64,000 nt of DNA from Dimorphilus gyrociliatus (Eukaryota > Animalia > Annelida), in the NCBI GenBank assembly GCA_904063045.1, contig CAJFCJ010000002.1:558001-622000 (forward strand). Direction: 5' to 3'. A program made the position numbers and the translations under genes. The stretch's first letter is position 1, and each line of letters opens with the position of its first letter. The notes beneath the pieces were generated by a model. It did no database searches, was not told the origin of the DNA, and saw only the letters and a program-made list of their open reading frames with translations. This document shows positions 62,518-64,000 of the stretch, one piece after another.

Positions 62518-64000
62518 TCGGGAAACATTTCAGAGTTTCATTTACAAGGAGATTTTATTTAAACCCTATTACAAGCTCTCTAAATATTTCAGAGTAATTC
62601 AATAAAGTTTTCTCTCGAGCCTTTAATAGTCCAACGACGCACAATGATCAGACATTACGAAAAAATGCTATAGGATCTCGAAACGCTCCCTACCGGCTTC
62701 AGAGAACACTATGCTCTCACTTTTCTGATCAATCTTTTCATCAATCACTCTCTGCGATTATTTCCCTTGATATTTCAACCTGCTCAACGGCGTAAATCAA
62801 ACTACTTATCTTAAATAAAATTTTATAGTCAAATATTCTAAAACCTAATACCAATAGTTCAAGTAGAATCAGATTTTAACATATATGAGAAATTATATCT
62901 TTCATTTATAGTATGATGGATATATGGTGATAAATATTGAGCTCTTCCTTAAATCTGCACTGGCTTAAAAAAAATTAAAATAATCTTTTCTAAACCTACT
63001 TTAGAGTGAAAAAATTAACAAAGAGCTCTTCTCCTCTAAGCTTCTTACGACTTCGTAATCAGAAACCATAAAAACTATCAAATATGAAATTTTAACGATA
63101 TGAACGCTCTATACTTGTATTAAAATTTCACATATGAATACCGAAAGAACAGGATGATGAGAGAATTTTGAGAAAATTCTAGATCGAAAAGCATACCCAT
63201 TAAAGTGACCGAGTAGAACTGGATTGATATTTCCAATACAGAAAATCTTTATCTTCTTAAAGTAACAACACACCTCATCAGCATACATAATTAAAGCTGC
63301 TACTATAAAATAGTACTATAGAAATAATGTTACGTCATTATTCTTTGATATAAAGATGCGGAAACATATACGACAACGTTGTGATATGGAAATTTACGGT
63401 AATAGATGTCAGTAGCAGATAAATTACAAGATAGTTTGTTTCTTTAAGATTCAAAATTTAATTAAGATGAATATTTAGCTGATCTGATTTAAGATAAATA
63501 GCTTGGACTTGAGATGCTCATGTGTTAATATATCGCAACAATTGAATAATCACAGATGAAAGAAATACCCTTTCTTTACGAATCTATTTAGCAGATACCA
63601 AACCTGATATTATTTACATTACACTTGATTTTATTACTGTAATCTATGACAGTGATATTTCCAGTATAACTTTTACCAAATATAGCAAGAGCTTTTAAAA
63701 CTCTTATTCATACAATAAAAAATTGAGAACGAAAATAAGAGACTAACCTTGTCCTACTCCAAGGTATTGTGGCTCTTCTTGTATGCAATCTTGGGATAAG
63801 TTTAATACCAACAAAATAGACATTCTTGTCACAATCAACCGACATATTTCGGAAAAGTATATTACAGCATTTCATATAATAGTAAATACAGAAGTATTCT
63901 CTCTTTTCTGTTTAACCAAAATATTCTACAATCTCCGCAAATCAATAGACAATTGTCCACACAAGCAAAAATTCTACCTCCAAACACCGTAGTCGACGAC

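Noticed and set aside
1-64000. tRNA, rRNA and CRISPR arrays
   Set aside because: None was seen. The sequence is a eukaryotic protein-coding region.

Overview
This is a gene-dense, AT-rich (roughly 30% GC by eye) animal genome segment in which most introns are 50-70 nt. That suggests a compact invertebrate genome, probably lophotrochozoan; a miniature annelid such as Dimorphilus is a guess only. I can support 14 protein-coding genes. In order: two tail-to-tail orexin/allatotropin-receptor paralogs; a type II membrane F-type-lectin-domain protein; an intronless ~24-LRR/FN3 membrane protein; a tyrosine-motif transmembrane adaptor-like protein; a small two-Sushi protein; choline transporter-like 1; a G-protein gamma subunit that the ORF track misses; the bursicon receptor (rickets/LGR type B); three tandem intronless paralogs with a 20-cysteine ectodomain and PPxY tails; a NIT-domain guanylyl cyclase; and a ~17.6 kb PDE4/dunce locus. 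The strongest leads are: (1) the 20-Cys/TM/PPxY family, which I cannot assign to a known family; (2) a duplicated, probably mutually exclusive PDE4 catalytic exon that swaps the ERK-docking segment; (3) at least seven alternative PDE4 first exons, including a PDE4D3-like RRHSWIC exon, interleaved with five perfect CRE palindromes; and (4) recurrent CTCF-like motifs, several between genes. Exon boundaries were read by eye from splice signals, frame phase and homology. No database searches were run.
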